64,000 nt of DNA, taken from the NCBI GenBank assembly GCA_964016885.1, contig OZ024760.1, forward strand, positions 7,564,001-7,628,000, given 5' to 3'. This document shows positions 1 to 11,609 of this stretch, piece after piece. The notes below the pieces were generated by a model. The model saw only the letters and a list, made by a program, of their open reading frames with translations. It searched no databases and was not told where the DNA came from. The stretch is from Eledone cirrhosa. Lineage: Eukaryota. Position 1 is the stretch's first letter. The number at the start of each line of letters is the position of its first letter. The position numbers and the translations under genes are program-made.

Positions 1-271
1 GAAAAAATACGGTGAAAGCTATTCTATTTTCATATACATATATATATATATATCAAGATGGATTCAGTAAGAAACTGGTTAGACCATTACTCACCAGAGT
101 ACTCTATACTTGGGGTAGTAGAGTATGGTTACATGAAAGAGTTAGGACCCCGACAGCTGAGCTCTTGCCATTTCAACAGCTAGTAATAAAGTGGCATCTA
201 TGAAACAAAAAGCTCAGTGTGTTTTGTGGTTTCAAAAATTTTATGCTCACCCTTGTATGTATATATATGCA

Positions 272-603
272 TGAAGGCGCGTGGCTTTGTGGTTAGGGTG
301 TTCGGCTTACAATCGTAAGGTTGTGAGTTCAATTCCCGGCGGCATGTTGTGTCCTTGAGCAAGACACTTTGTTTCGCGTTGCTCCAGTCCACTCAGCTGG
401 CAAAAACGAGTTGTATCTGTAGTTCAAATGGCCAGACTTGTCTAATTCTATGCCACGCTGCATCTCCTTGAGATGAGAATTACATTAAGGGTATGCATGT
501 CTGTGGAATGCTCAGCCACTTGCATGTTAATTTCATGAGCAGGCTGTTCTGTTGATCTGATCAACTGGAACATTTGTCATTGTAACTGACGGAGTGCCTT
601 CCT
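272..603 (+). mobile_element. tRNA-derived CORE-type SINE with a different body
   Basis: same head and core as family A; related heads at 46406-46722 (+) and 41320-41529 (-). Confidence 0.78.
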
Positions 604-605
604 TC

Positions 606-639
<34 letters not shown>

Positions 640-674
640 CACCAGCAACCTATACACATATATATATATATATG

Positions 675-733
<59 letters not shown>

Positions 734-901
734 ACACCACCAGCACATCCCCAGCTACCTATGCATATATATATATACATATATATATACATATATATAT
801 ATATACATATATATATACAAATATATATATATATACACACCACCAGCACATCCCCAGCTACCTATACACATATATATATAAAATATATATACACACCACC
901 A
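606..901. repeat. Composite minisatellite caccaccagcacatccccagctacc + (TA)n; continues at 6360-6640 and 7475-7655
   Basis: the same motif is present on both sides of the 65-bp array and of the SINE insertions. Confidence 0.85.
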
Positions 902-991
902 GATATGATTCCAGTTCCTCAGAGAAATAACAACCCAACCAGGCACTGGGCATATCAGAGTATTGTCAAAGTTATACACCTCAACAACATA

Positions 992-3900
992 TGTACTTGT
1001 CTATACCATACTAATTCGGACTGCCTGAAGAGGTCACAGCCAAAGATGGCTGTCACTGTACTTGTCTATACCACACTAATTCGGACTGCCTGAAGAGGTC
1101 ACAACCAAAGATGGCTGTCACTGTACTTGTCTATACCACACTAATTCGGACTGCCTGAAGAGGTCACAGCCAAAGATGGCTGTCACTGTACTTGTCTATA
1201 CCACACTAATTCGGACTGCCTGAAGAGGTCACAGCCAAAGATGGCTGTCACTGTACTTGTCTATACCACACTAATTCGGACTGCCTGAAGAGGTCACAGC
1301 CAAAGATGGCTGTCACTGTACTTGTCTATACCACACTAATTCGGACTGCCTGAAGAGGTCACAGCCAAAGATGGCTGTCACTGTACTTGTCTATACCACA
1401 CTAATTCGGACTGCCTGAAGAGGTCACAGCCAAAGATGGCTGTCACTGTACTTGTCTATACCACACTAATTCGGACTGCCTGAAGAGGTCACAGCCAAAG
1501 ATGGCTGTCACTGTACTTGTCTATACCACACTAATTCGGACTGCCTGAAGAGGTCACAACCAAAGATGGCTGTCACTGTACTTGTCTATACCACACTAAT
1601 TCGGACTGCCTGAAGAGGTCACAGCCAAAGATGGCTGTCACTGTACTTGTCTATACCACACTAATTCGGACTGCCTGAAGAGGTCACAACCAAAGATGGC
1701 TGTCACTGTACTTGTCTATACCACACTAATTCGGACTGCCTGAAGAGGTCACAGCCAAAGATGGCTGTCACTGTACTTGTCTATACCACACTAATTCGGA
1801 CTGCCTGAAGAGGTCACAGCCAAAGATGGCTGTCACTGTACTTGTCTATACCACACTAATTCGGACTGCCTGAAGAGGTCACAGCCAAAGATGGCTGTCA
1901 CTGTACTTGTCTATACCACACTAATTCGGACTGCCTGAAGAGGTCACAGCCAAAGATGGCTGTCACTGTACTTGTCTATACCACACTAATTCGGACTGCC
2001 TGAAGAGGTCACAACCAAAGATGGCTGTCACTGTACTTGTCTATACCACACTAATTCGGACTGCCTGAAGAGGTCACAGCCAAAGATGGCTGTCACTGTA
2101 CTTGTCTATACCACACTAATTCGGACTGCCTGAAGAGGTCACAAACAAAGATGGCTGTCACTGTACTTGTCTATACCACACTAATTCGGACTGCCTGAAG
2201 AGGTCACAGCCAAAGATGGCTGTCACTGTACTTGTCTATACCACACTAATTCGGACTGCCTGAAGAGGTCACAGCCAAAGATGGCTGTCACTGTACTTGT
2301 CTATACCACACTAATTCGGACTGCCTGAAGAGGTCACAAACAAAGATGGCTGTCACTGTACTTGTCTATACCACACTAATTCGGACTGCCTGAAGAGGTC
2401 ACAGCCAAAGATGGCTGTCACTGTACTTGTCTATACCACACTAATTCGGACTGCCTGAAGAGGTCACAGCCAAAGATGGCTGTCACTGTACTTGTCTATA
2501 CCACACTAATTCGGACTGCCTGAAGAGGTCACAGCCAAAGATGGCTGTCACTGTACTTGTCTATACCACACTAATTCGGACTGCCTGAAGAGGTCACAAA
2601 CAAAGATGGCTGTCACTGTACTTGTCTATACCACACTAATTCGGACTGCCTGAAGAGGTCACAGCCAAAGATGGCTGTCACTGTACTTGTCTATACCACA
2701 CTAATTCGGACTGCCTGAAGAGGTCACAGCCAAAGATGGCTGTCACTGTACTTGTCTATACCACACTAATTCGGACTGCCTGAAGAGGTCACAGCCAAAG
2801 ATGGCTGTCACTGTACTTGTCTATACCACACTAATTCGGACTGCCTGAAGAGGTCACAGCCAAAGATGGCTGTCACTGTACTTGTCTATACCACACTAAT
2901 TCGGACTGCCTGAAGAGGTCACAGCCAAAGATGGCTGTCACTGTACTTGTCTATACCACACTAATTCGGACTGCCTGAAGAGGTCACAGCCAAAGATGGC
3001 TGTCACTGTACTTGTCTATACCACACTAATTCGGACTGCCTGAAGAGGTCACAGCCAAAGATGGCTGTCACTGTACTTGTCTATACCACACTAATTCGGA
3101 CTGCCTGAAGAGGTCACAGCCAAAGATGGCTGTCACTGTACTTGTCTATACCACACTAATTCGGACTGCCTGAAGAGGTCACAGCCAAAGATGGCTGTCA
3201 CTGTACTTGTCTATACCATACTAATTCGGACTGCCTGAAGAGGTCACAGCCAAAGATGGCTGTCACTGTACTTGTCTATACCACACTAATTCGGACTGAC
3301 TGAAGAGGTCACAACCAAAGATGGCTGTCACTGTACTTGTCTATACCACACTAATTCGGACTGCCTGAAGAGGTCACAACCAAAGATGGCTGTCACTGTA
3401 CTTGTCTATACCACACTAATTCGGACTGCCTGAAGAGGTCACAGCCAAAGATGGCTGTCACTGTACTTGTCTATACCACACTAATTCGGACTGCCTGAAG
3501 AGGTCACAGCCAAAGATGGCTGTCACTGTACTTGTCTATACCACACTAATTCGGACTGCCTGAAGAGGTCACAGCCAAAGATGGCTGTCACTGTACTTGT
3601 CTATACCACACTAATTCGGACTGCCTGAAGAGGTCACAGCCAAAGATGGCTGTCACTGTACTTGTCTATACCACACTAATTCGGACTGCCTGAAGAGGTC
3701 ACAGCCAAAGATGGCTGTCACTGTACTTGTCTATACCACACTAATTCGGACTGCCTGAAGAGGTCACAGCCAAAGATGGCTGTCACTGTACTTGTCTATA
3801 CCACACTAATTCGGACTGCCTGAAGAGGTCACAACCAAAGATGGCTGTCACTGTACTTGTCTATACCACACTAATTCGGACTGCCTGAAGAGGTCACAGC

Positions 3901-6193
3901 CAAAGATGGCTGTCACTGTACTTGTCTATACCACACTAATTCGGACTGCCTGAAGAGGTCACAGCCAAAGATGGCTGTCACTGTACTTGTCTATACCACA
4001 CTAATTCGGACTGCCTGAAGAGGTCACAGCCAAAGATGGCTGTCACTGTACTTGTCTATACCACACTAATTCGGACTGCCTGAAGAGGTCACAGCCAAAG
4101 ATGGCTGTCACTGTACTTGTCTATACCACACTAATTCGGACTGCCTGAAGAGGTCACAGCCAAAGATGGCTGTCACTGTACTTGTCTATACCACACTAAT
4201 TCGGACTGCCTGAAGAGGTCACAACCAAAGATGGCTGTCACTGTACTTGTCTATACCACACTAATTCGGACTGCCTGAAGAGGTCACAGCCAAAGATGGC
4301 TGTCACTGTACTTGTCTATACCACACTAATTCGGACTGCCTGAAGAGGTCACAACCAAAGATGGCTGTCACTGTACTTGTCTATACCACACTAATTCGGA
4401 CTGCCTGAAGAGGTCACAGCCAAAGATGGCTGTCACTGTACTTGTCTATACCACACTAATTCGGACTGCCTGAAGAGGTCACAGCCAAAGATGGCTGTCA
4501 CTGTACTTGTCTATACCACACTAATTCGGACTGCCTGAAGAGGTCACAGCCAAAGATGGCTGTCACTGTACTTGTCTATACCACACTAATTCGGACTGCC
4601 TGAAGAGGTCACAGCCAAAGATGGCTGTCACTGTACTTGTCTATACCACACTAATTCGGACTGCCTGAAGAGGTCACAACCAAAGATGGCTGTCACTGTA
4701 CTTGTCTATACCACACTAATTCGGACTGCCTGAAGAGGTCACAGCCAAAGATGGCTGTCACTGTACTTGTCTATACCACACTAATTCGGACTGCCTGAAG
4801 AGGTCACAAACAAAAATGGCTGTCACTGTACTTGTCTATACCACACTAATTCGGACTGCCTGAAGAGGTCACAGCCAAAGATGGCTGTCACTGTACTTGT
4901 CTATACCACACTAATTCGGACTGCCTGAAGAGGTCACAGCCAAAGATGGCTGTCACTGTACTTGTCTATACCACACTAATTCGGACTGCCTGAAGAGGTC
5001 ACAAACAAAGATGGCTGTCACTGTACTTGTCTATACCACACTAATTCGGACTGCCTGAAGAGGTCACAGCCAAAGATGGCTGTCACTGTACTTGTCTATA
5101 CCACACTAATTCGGACTGCCTGAAGAGGTCACAGCCAAAGATGGCTGTCACTGTACTTGTCTATACCACACTAATTCGGACTGCCTGAAGAGGTCACAGC
5201 CAAAGATGGCTGTCACTGTACTTGTCTATACCACACTAATTCGGACTGCCTGAAGAGGTCACAAACAAAGATGGCTGTCACTGTACTTGTCTATACCACA
5301 CTAATTCGGACTGCCTGAAGAGGTCACAGCCAAAGATGGCTGTCACCGTACTTGTCTATACCACACTAATTCGGACTGCCTGAAGAGGTCACAGCCAAAG
5401 ATGGCTGTCACTGTACTTGTCTATACCACACTAATTCGGACTGCCTGAAGAGGTCACAGCCAAAGATGGCTGTCACTGTACTTGTCTATACCACACTAAT
5501 TCGGACTGCCTGAAGAGGTCACAGCCAAAGATGGCTGTCACTGTACTTGTCTATACCACACTAATTCGGACTGCCTGAAGAGGTCACAGCCAAAGATGGC
5601 TGTCACTGTACTTGTCTATACCACACTAATTCGGACTGCCTGAAGAGGTCACAGCCAAAGGTGGCTGTCACTGTACTTGTCTATACCACACTAATTCGGA
5701 CTGCCTGAAGAGGTCACAGCCAAAGATGGCTGTCACTGTACTTGTCTATACCACACTAATTCGGACTGCCTGAAGAGGTCACAGCCAAAGATGGCTGTCA
5801 CTGTACTTGTCTATACCATACTAATTCGGACTGCCTGAAGAGGTCACAGCCAAAGATGGCTGTCACTGTACTTGACTATACCACACTAATTCGGACTGCC
5901 TGAAGAGGTCACAACCAAAGATGGCTGTCACTGTACTTGTCTATACCACACTAATTCGGACTGCCTGAAGAGGTCACAACCAAAGATGGCTGTCACTGTA
6001 CTTGTCTATACCACACTAATTCGGACTGCCTGAAGAGGTCACAGCCAAAGATGGCTGTCACTGTACTTGTCTATACCACACTAATTCGGACTGCCTGAAG
6101 AGGTCACAGCCAAAGATGGCTGTCACTGTACTTGTCTATACCACACTAATTCGGACTGCCTGAAGAGGTCACAGCCAAAGATGGCTGTCACTG
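992..6193. repeat. 65-bp tandem array, about 80 near-identical copies, in a presumed TRMU intron
   Basis: unit tcggactgcctgaagaggtcacagccaaagatggctgtcactgtacttgtctataccacactaat; period 65 (1081 vs 1146). Confidence 0.98.
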
Positions 6194-6209
6194 AAATATA
6201 TACAGCAGT
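6155..6209 (+). ncRNA. Degenerate Penelope-type minimal hammerhead motif at the end of the array
   Basis: actgc-CTGAAGA-stem II-GAAA-tatata-CA-gcagt, followed by AATAAA; position 16.1 is C instead of U. Confidence 0.6.
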
Positions 6210-6417
6210 AATAAACGAAGCTAAATTTTAAACATTTGACTTTTTATTTAACTTTATTTTACACTACTCCGGAGTAACCAAACCAACCTGCGCACTTCGT
6301 CGAGTGCTCCAGCCTGCATACTGAGGTGTTGGTATACAACCAACATATACTCAAAATCACATATATATATATATATATACACACCACCAGCACATCCCCA
6401 GCTACCTATACACATAT

Positions 6418-6453
<36 letters not shown>

Positions 6454-6486
6454 CACCAGCACATCCCCAACTACCTATACACATAT

Positions 6487-6522
<36 letters not shown>

Positions 6523-6640
6523 CACCAGCACATCCCCAACTACCTATACACATATACACATATATATATATATATATACACACCACCAGCACATCCCCAA
6601 CTACCTATACACATATACACACATATATATATATATATAT

Positions 6641-6985
6641 GGAGGCACATGGCTTAGTGGTTAGAGCATTGGCCTTGCAATCAAAAGGTTGTGAGTTCAA
6701 TTCTCAGACCGGGTGATGTGTTGTTTCCTTGAGCAAGACACTTTATTTCCCATTGCTCCAGTTTACTCAGCTGTAGAAATGAGATGATAGGGACTGGGGT
6801 CCATATCATTCCACTGTAAAGTGGTCGTGGAGGTGCCACGGCAAAAAAGCACCCAGCACTCACTGTAAATGAGGTTGGTGTTAGGAAGGGCATCCAGCTG
6901 TAGAAATCAAGCCAGAATCAGTTCCCGTCCCACCCTTGCAAGCAGGGAAAAGCGGACGTAAAATGAGATGATGAGATGATGATGA
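6641..6985 (+). mobile_element. tRNA-derived CORE-type SINE with RTE-like tail (family A)
   Basis: A/B boxes tggcttagtgg and gagttcaattc, ccttgagcaagacact core, tail matching 22186-22235. Confidence 0.88.
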
Positions 6986-7680
6986 TATATAAAAATACGT
7001 ATTTAAGAAAGCCACAACAATGCAAAGGGAAATCTCGAGGTAGGAAGTGAAATATAGATAGGAAAAACAGGTGAAAGTGAAAATTGAGAGAGACAAAGAT
7101 GAAAACAAAACAAAGGTAGAAGGGTTACCGTAGTAGAGATTTAATTGTTTCTACATTTGGCACAAGGCCAGCAATTACCCAGTGCATTACTGGTACTTTA
7201 TTTTATCGACCCCGTAAGGATGAAAGGCAAAGTTAACCTCGGCGGGATTTGAACTCAGATCATAAAGGGACGTAACTCTATGCTTCAAAGCATGGTGTCC
7301 GACTCTCTACCGATACTGCCAAAATCCCAATATTTCGGGCTCACGCCCATCAACCTGTTTCTCCTATCTATATTTCACTTCCTACCTCGAGATTTCCCTT
7401 TGCATTGTTGTGGCTTTCTTAAATACGTATTTTTACACATTTCACAATGCTTCAAGCAAACTTTAACACCCTCATATATATATATATATATATACACCAC
7501 CAGCACATCCCCAGCTACCTATATATATATATATACACACCACCAGCACATCCCCAGCTACCTATACACATATACATATACATACATATATATATATATA
7601 TACACACATTGCCAGCACATCCCCAGCTACCTATATATATATATATATATATACATAACACCATATTTTTACCATTCCAG

Positions 7681-7734
7681 AGTATGGGTATTTGTTTTAT
7701 TGGTTCCAGAAAGTTCTCATCTTTCATTAAAGAG
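7681..7734 (+). CDS. TRMU: TRMU/MnmA internal exon (SMGICFIGSRKFSSFIKE); upstream exons lie outside the window
   Basis: ttccag acceptor and gtgagt donor, 54 nt, phase 0-0; matches the MnmA S-x-G-x-C-F-I-G motif that carries the persulfide cysteine. Confidence 0.92.
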
Positions 7735-8759
7735 GTGAGTCAATGTTTTTAGGGTTTTCATAAACAACATTTGACAAATATTTATTATCATATAACAAAT
7801 GGTATGGTATGGATTTGTAACTCCTGGGGGCAGTCGAAGGGGCACCATGTTGACATACGGCGTTTCTAGGGCATTTTTTAAACCTAGCAGAGTCTCCTCT
7901 CCTCCTCTCCAGGCCCAGAATACAGCAGATTTCTTCCAGAGAAAGATAGAGAGAGTGTGAGAAAGGAAGTGAGAAAGAGATATAGAGGAAGAATCGACCC
8001 CAGTATTTCACTGATACTTTTTTTATTGACCATTAATGGATGAAAGGCAAAGTTGACCTCGGCGGGATTTGAACTCAGGGATCAGAGAGCTGAAATGAAT
8101 ACAACAAAGCATTCTATCCAACGTTCTAACGAATCTGCCAATTTGCCACCTCATGACACAAATATATAAGATTAACTAGAAATACATATATATAATATTA
8201 TAAATATAATACACAAAAATATATGATTAAAGTGAGAGAAAGAAAGAAAAAAATCATCAATTCACCTCTTCGTGTGTCAATCAGTTCAGTCAAACACCAC
8301 CAGCCAACATGCTTGCAGCATTACCAAGCATGATGGCGAGGCTAAGGCATTGAAATGATCAAGCACCCTCACCATGAGCATTGACTGACACCTCGGTATG
8401 GTCAGGTGATGGCGAGGCTAAGATGCTTAAACAACCAAGTGCCCTCACAATGGGCATCACCTGACATGTCAGTAAGGCAAGCCAATAATGATAAGAAATT
8501 CACAGTCAGCAGCTCAGCTCCAACAAATGTCTCGAATGCCACAGGTGGCAAAAAATAGTTATTTGATAGTTGCCGGTATTTTAGGATTTTATTCTGTTTG
8601 GCTATGTAGATAGTAACCCTCACATTTACCATGGCATCCATGATGTGGGAGGAAGCAAAAAGAGTCCCTGGCTGTGACGTCCCAGATGAGACATCTACCT
8701 AGATGGGTTCGTCGCATAGAGAGTACCCTGCTCTGAGGAGGATTCAGCAGCACCGAATT

Positions 8760-9200
8760 GACCTGTCCCTACTCATAGTGGTGTCATCCACTGCCCCAAA
8801 ACTATGGTTACATTGTGAGATGCGTTAGGCTCCTCGTATCGGTGCCATCCAGTACTGGGCTCCAACTGGTCCCTCCACATAGTGGTGCCATCCAACGCCA
8901 GGCTCCCAAACTGTGGTTCCACACCTGTCCCCTCTCATAGCAGTGTCATCCAGTACCGGGGCCCCAAAACTATGGTAACATTGTGAGATGGCTTTGACGC
9001 AGTTGACTGGCCTGCCCCTCCCCATAGCGTTGCCATCCAGTACCAGGTCCCAAAACTGTGCCTTTGCTGTGTGATGGTTTAGGCTCCTCGTATTGGTGCC
9101 ATCCAGTACCAAGCTCCAAAACCATTATTCCGTTGTGAGACAGGTTTGGCGCAGCCAACTGGCGTGTCCCTCCTCATAACGGAATCATCCAGTTCCACAC
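8760..9200. repeat. Degenerate GC-rich tandem repeat (gtg-catccagtac...ccaaaact motif)
   Basis: motif recurs about 7 times at ~55-70 bp spacing. Confidence 0.6.
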
Positions 9201-9998
9201 TGTAAATGTGGTTGGTGTTAGAAAGGGCATCCCGCTGTAAAATACCCGGCCAAATTTTCAGTCCTCGCTGAAACAAGGTACGACATGGCCAACTCTGGCC
9301 AGACTTGCCCTGCCGGTGTGGATGACCCGTCTAACTTCATGCATGCATGCATGGAAAAATGGACGCTGAATGGTGATATATATTTAACTGGTACTTTATT
9401 TTGTGAGAACCAGGCTCAGGTGACTCCGTCTGATAACAGCACCAGTCCTCTGAGTTACCGACACCATCATCATCCCTCTCCGCCTTAATTTCGAAAGAAC
9501 AAATGGTAAGACCATCTGGTCTCTTCCCACCAATTCTGGATAAGCCAACAGTCAAAGGGAAGTAAATCGGGAAACCTTCAGAAGTAAAAAAAAATAAACC
9601 TGTCCGATTTCTCTCCCCTTTCAATTGGTTTTAAAAAGTTATAAAACTTACAACGCGACACGAAGTCTCTACGTGGTCGTTCTACCAGTTATATGATAAT
9701 AATATACGTCGAATAAAATAAATAAATGGATAAAACCTGATCGATAAACATCAAAATATTCGCCTGGATTATATTTAAGATTCTATAAGACATTTCAATG
9801 AAAAGGTGTAAAAAATGTTGTCTATTTACATAATAATTCAGATGACATTTTCATAAAATTTAGTTTTAAATTTAAATTTTTATATCCAATTATCTCTGTC
9901 TAGCTTTTTTTGTTTGTTTCAACTGTAAGAAGTACATAATACTTCCCCTTGTCTGATTAAATTTCTTGTCTCTCGCTTTCATTATCTATTCATGTGCA

Positions 9999-10197
9999 GT
10001 GGATTGGCAGTATCGGTAGTGAGTCGGACGATGTGTTTTGACGTATGGAGTTACGGCCCTTGCCATTCTGAGTTCGAATCCCACCGAAGTTAACTTTGCC
10101 TTTCATCTTTACGGGGGGGGGGGGGGGGGGGTCGATAAAATAAAGTACCAGTAATGCACTGGGATAATTGCTGGCCTTGTGCCAAAAGTAGAAACAC
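9999..10197 (+). mobile_element. tRNA-derived SINE family B (central ttgcctttcatcc...gtcgataaaataaagtaccag domain)
   Basis: A/B boxes; further copies at 14233-14419 (+), 7143-7320, 16286-16465, 28302-28489, 48621-48799 and 50899-51088 (all -). Confidence 0.85.
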
Positions 10198-10277
10198 TTA
10201 TATTTATATGGTTTCTAGCAATAATTAATTGATTACATATGATAGATATATCGCATTTAATAATATATATATATATA

Positions 10278-10588
10278 CAGTCGTCTCCCAGTATTCGCGG
10301 GGGTTACGTTCCTAGAGCATCCGCGAGGGGGTTGAAAAACCGCGAATATTGGACGTGGTCCATAAAAATGCATATAAACGTCAAGACATAACGTAAAGTG
10401 TAAGCCGGAAAATATGGTATATTGTTATTAATAATTTAGCTTTAAAAAGCGTGAAAAATACATTGTCACGAAGAAAGCCATAAAAAATCGCGTAAGATAT
10501 TTACGAATCCGCGAATATGTGGTGGTTTCCACGAACAATTATTAGTTAGGTTTCTAAGGAAAATCCAGCGAACGCCGGGAGTACACTG
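10278..10588. mobile_element. Tc1/pogo (Tigger-like) MITE
   Basis: cagt...actg imperfect TIRs, TA flanks. Confidence 0.65.
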
Positions 10589-10623
<35 letters not shown>

Positions 10624-10821
10624 ACACGTACATACATATATGTATACAGACGTACAGTAGTATGTATATATACATACATACATGCACACATATATATAGA
10701 TGTACGTATGGATTCACCGAACATTTATTATAATGCTCGGTGTGTTTGTAAACAAACATCCCGTATTAAGCCGTTGTGTCCAGCAACCATCGTTGCTCGT
10801 TTGTTCAACACTGACAGAGGA

Positions 10822-10864
10822 ACGCTGTACCAGTTTCAAGCTTATTAGCTCTCGTCAGCAACGT
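10822..10864 (-). ncRNA. Type I minimal hammerhead ribozyme (Penelope-like element type)
   Basis: minus strand acgttg-CTGACGA-gagct aata agctt-GAAA-ctgg-TA-cagcgt; all core residues and stems I and II present. Confidence 0.75.
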
Positions 10865-11542
10865 ATACCTTCCTGCCAGATTGTTGAACATATATACTTA
10901 CCTTATGCATATTAAGCATTATAATAAATGTTCGGTGAATCCATACGTACATATATATATATACTACTGTACGTCTGTATACATATATGTATGTACGTGT
11001 ACATACTTATATTTAAGTAACAGCCGTACTAAGAGTGGGAAATGAAATTTCGTTTCATTTTTTCCGTTTATATATATATATACATATATACAAACATACA
11101 AAAAAATATAGGATTGGAAGAGAAATGGTACGTAAAAAATAATTAAGCGAGGAAATAGAGAAGTGAAGCTTAAGATAATAAATGTAAAAAGTTCATTAAC
11201 AAACCTTTTATAAGAAACATTTTCTGTTGTCAGTAGACGATAGTTACGTGTGTGCGCGCGCCCCCTATACTTGCCACTTCGTCCACTCACTATACTCTTA
11301 CTTCTACCCATCTCAGTCGTCTCTCTCTATTCTTCTTTTACTTACCCTACCCACTCTCTATTGTCTTCTTTTACTCACTGTACCCCATCTCTTTCTATTC
11401 TTCTTTTTCTCACTCTATCCCCCTCTCTCTCTCTTTTACTATATCTTGCCAACACGTGAAATCGGCCGTAGCCCCCCCCCTCTCTCTACCTTAAACCAAT
11501 ACAATTACTGGTACCGTTGTATATCTGTCCCATTTCTTTCAG

Positions 11543-11609
11543 TATGTTGTTCCGTCCCCTGGTAACTTTGTAGATGTGGAAACTGGTAAAGTCGTTGGAC
11601 ACCACCAAG
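11543..11609 (+). CDS. TRMU: TRMU internal exon (YVVPSPGNFVDVETGKVVGHHQG)
   Basis: tttcag/gtaagt sites, 67 nt, phase 0-1; matches the PG-F-x-G-H-x-G segment of MnmA. Confidence 0.92.

Noticed and set aside
577-1093. YI/HT-rich ORFs here and at about 20-21 kb, 53 kb and 58 kb
   Set aside because: Translations of (TA)n/(CA)n microsatellites.
992-6128. Each 65-bp unit as an active hammerhead (retrozyme-like multimer)
   Set aside because: Internal units have GTAC in place of GAAA and lack the stem I 3' strand; the minus strand has no CTGANGA.
992-6193. CRISPR-like array
   Set aside because: There are no unique spacers, the units are contiguous and near-identical, the context is eukaryotic, and no cas genes are present.
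6641-6712. tRNA genes at SINE heads
   Set aside because: They continue directly into SINE core and tail sequence and are multi-copy.
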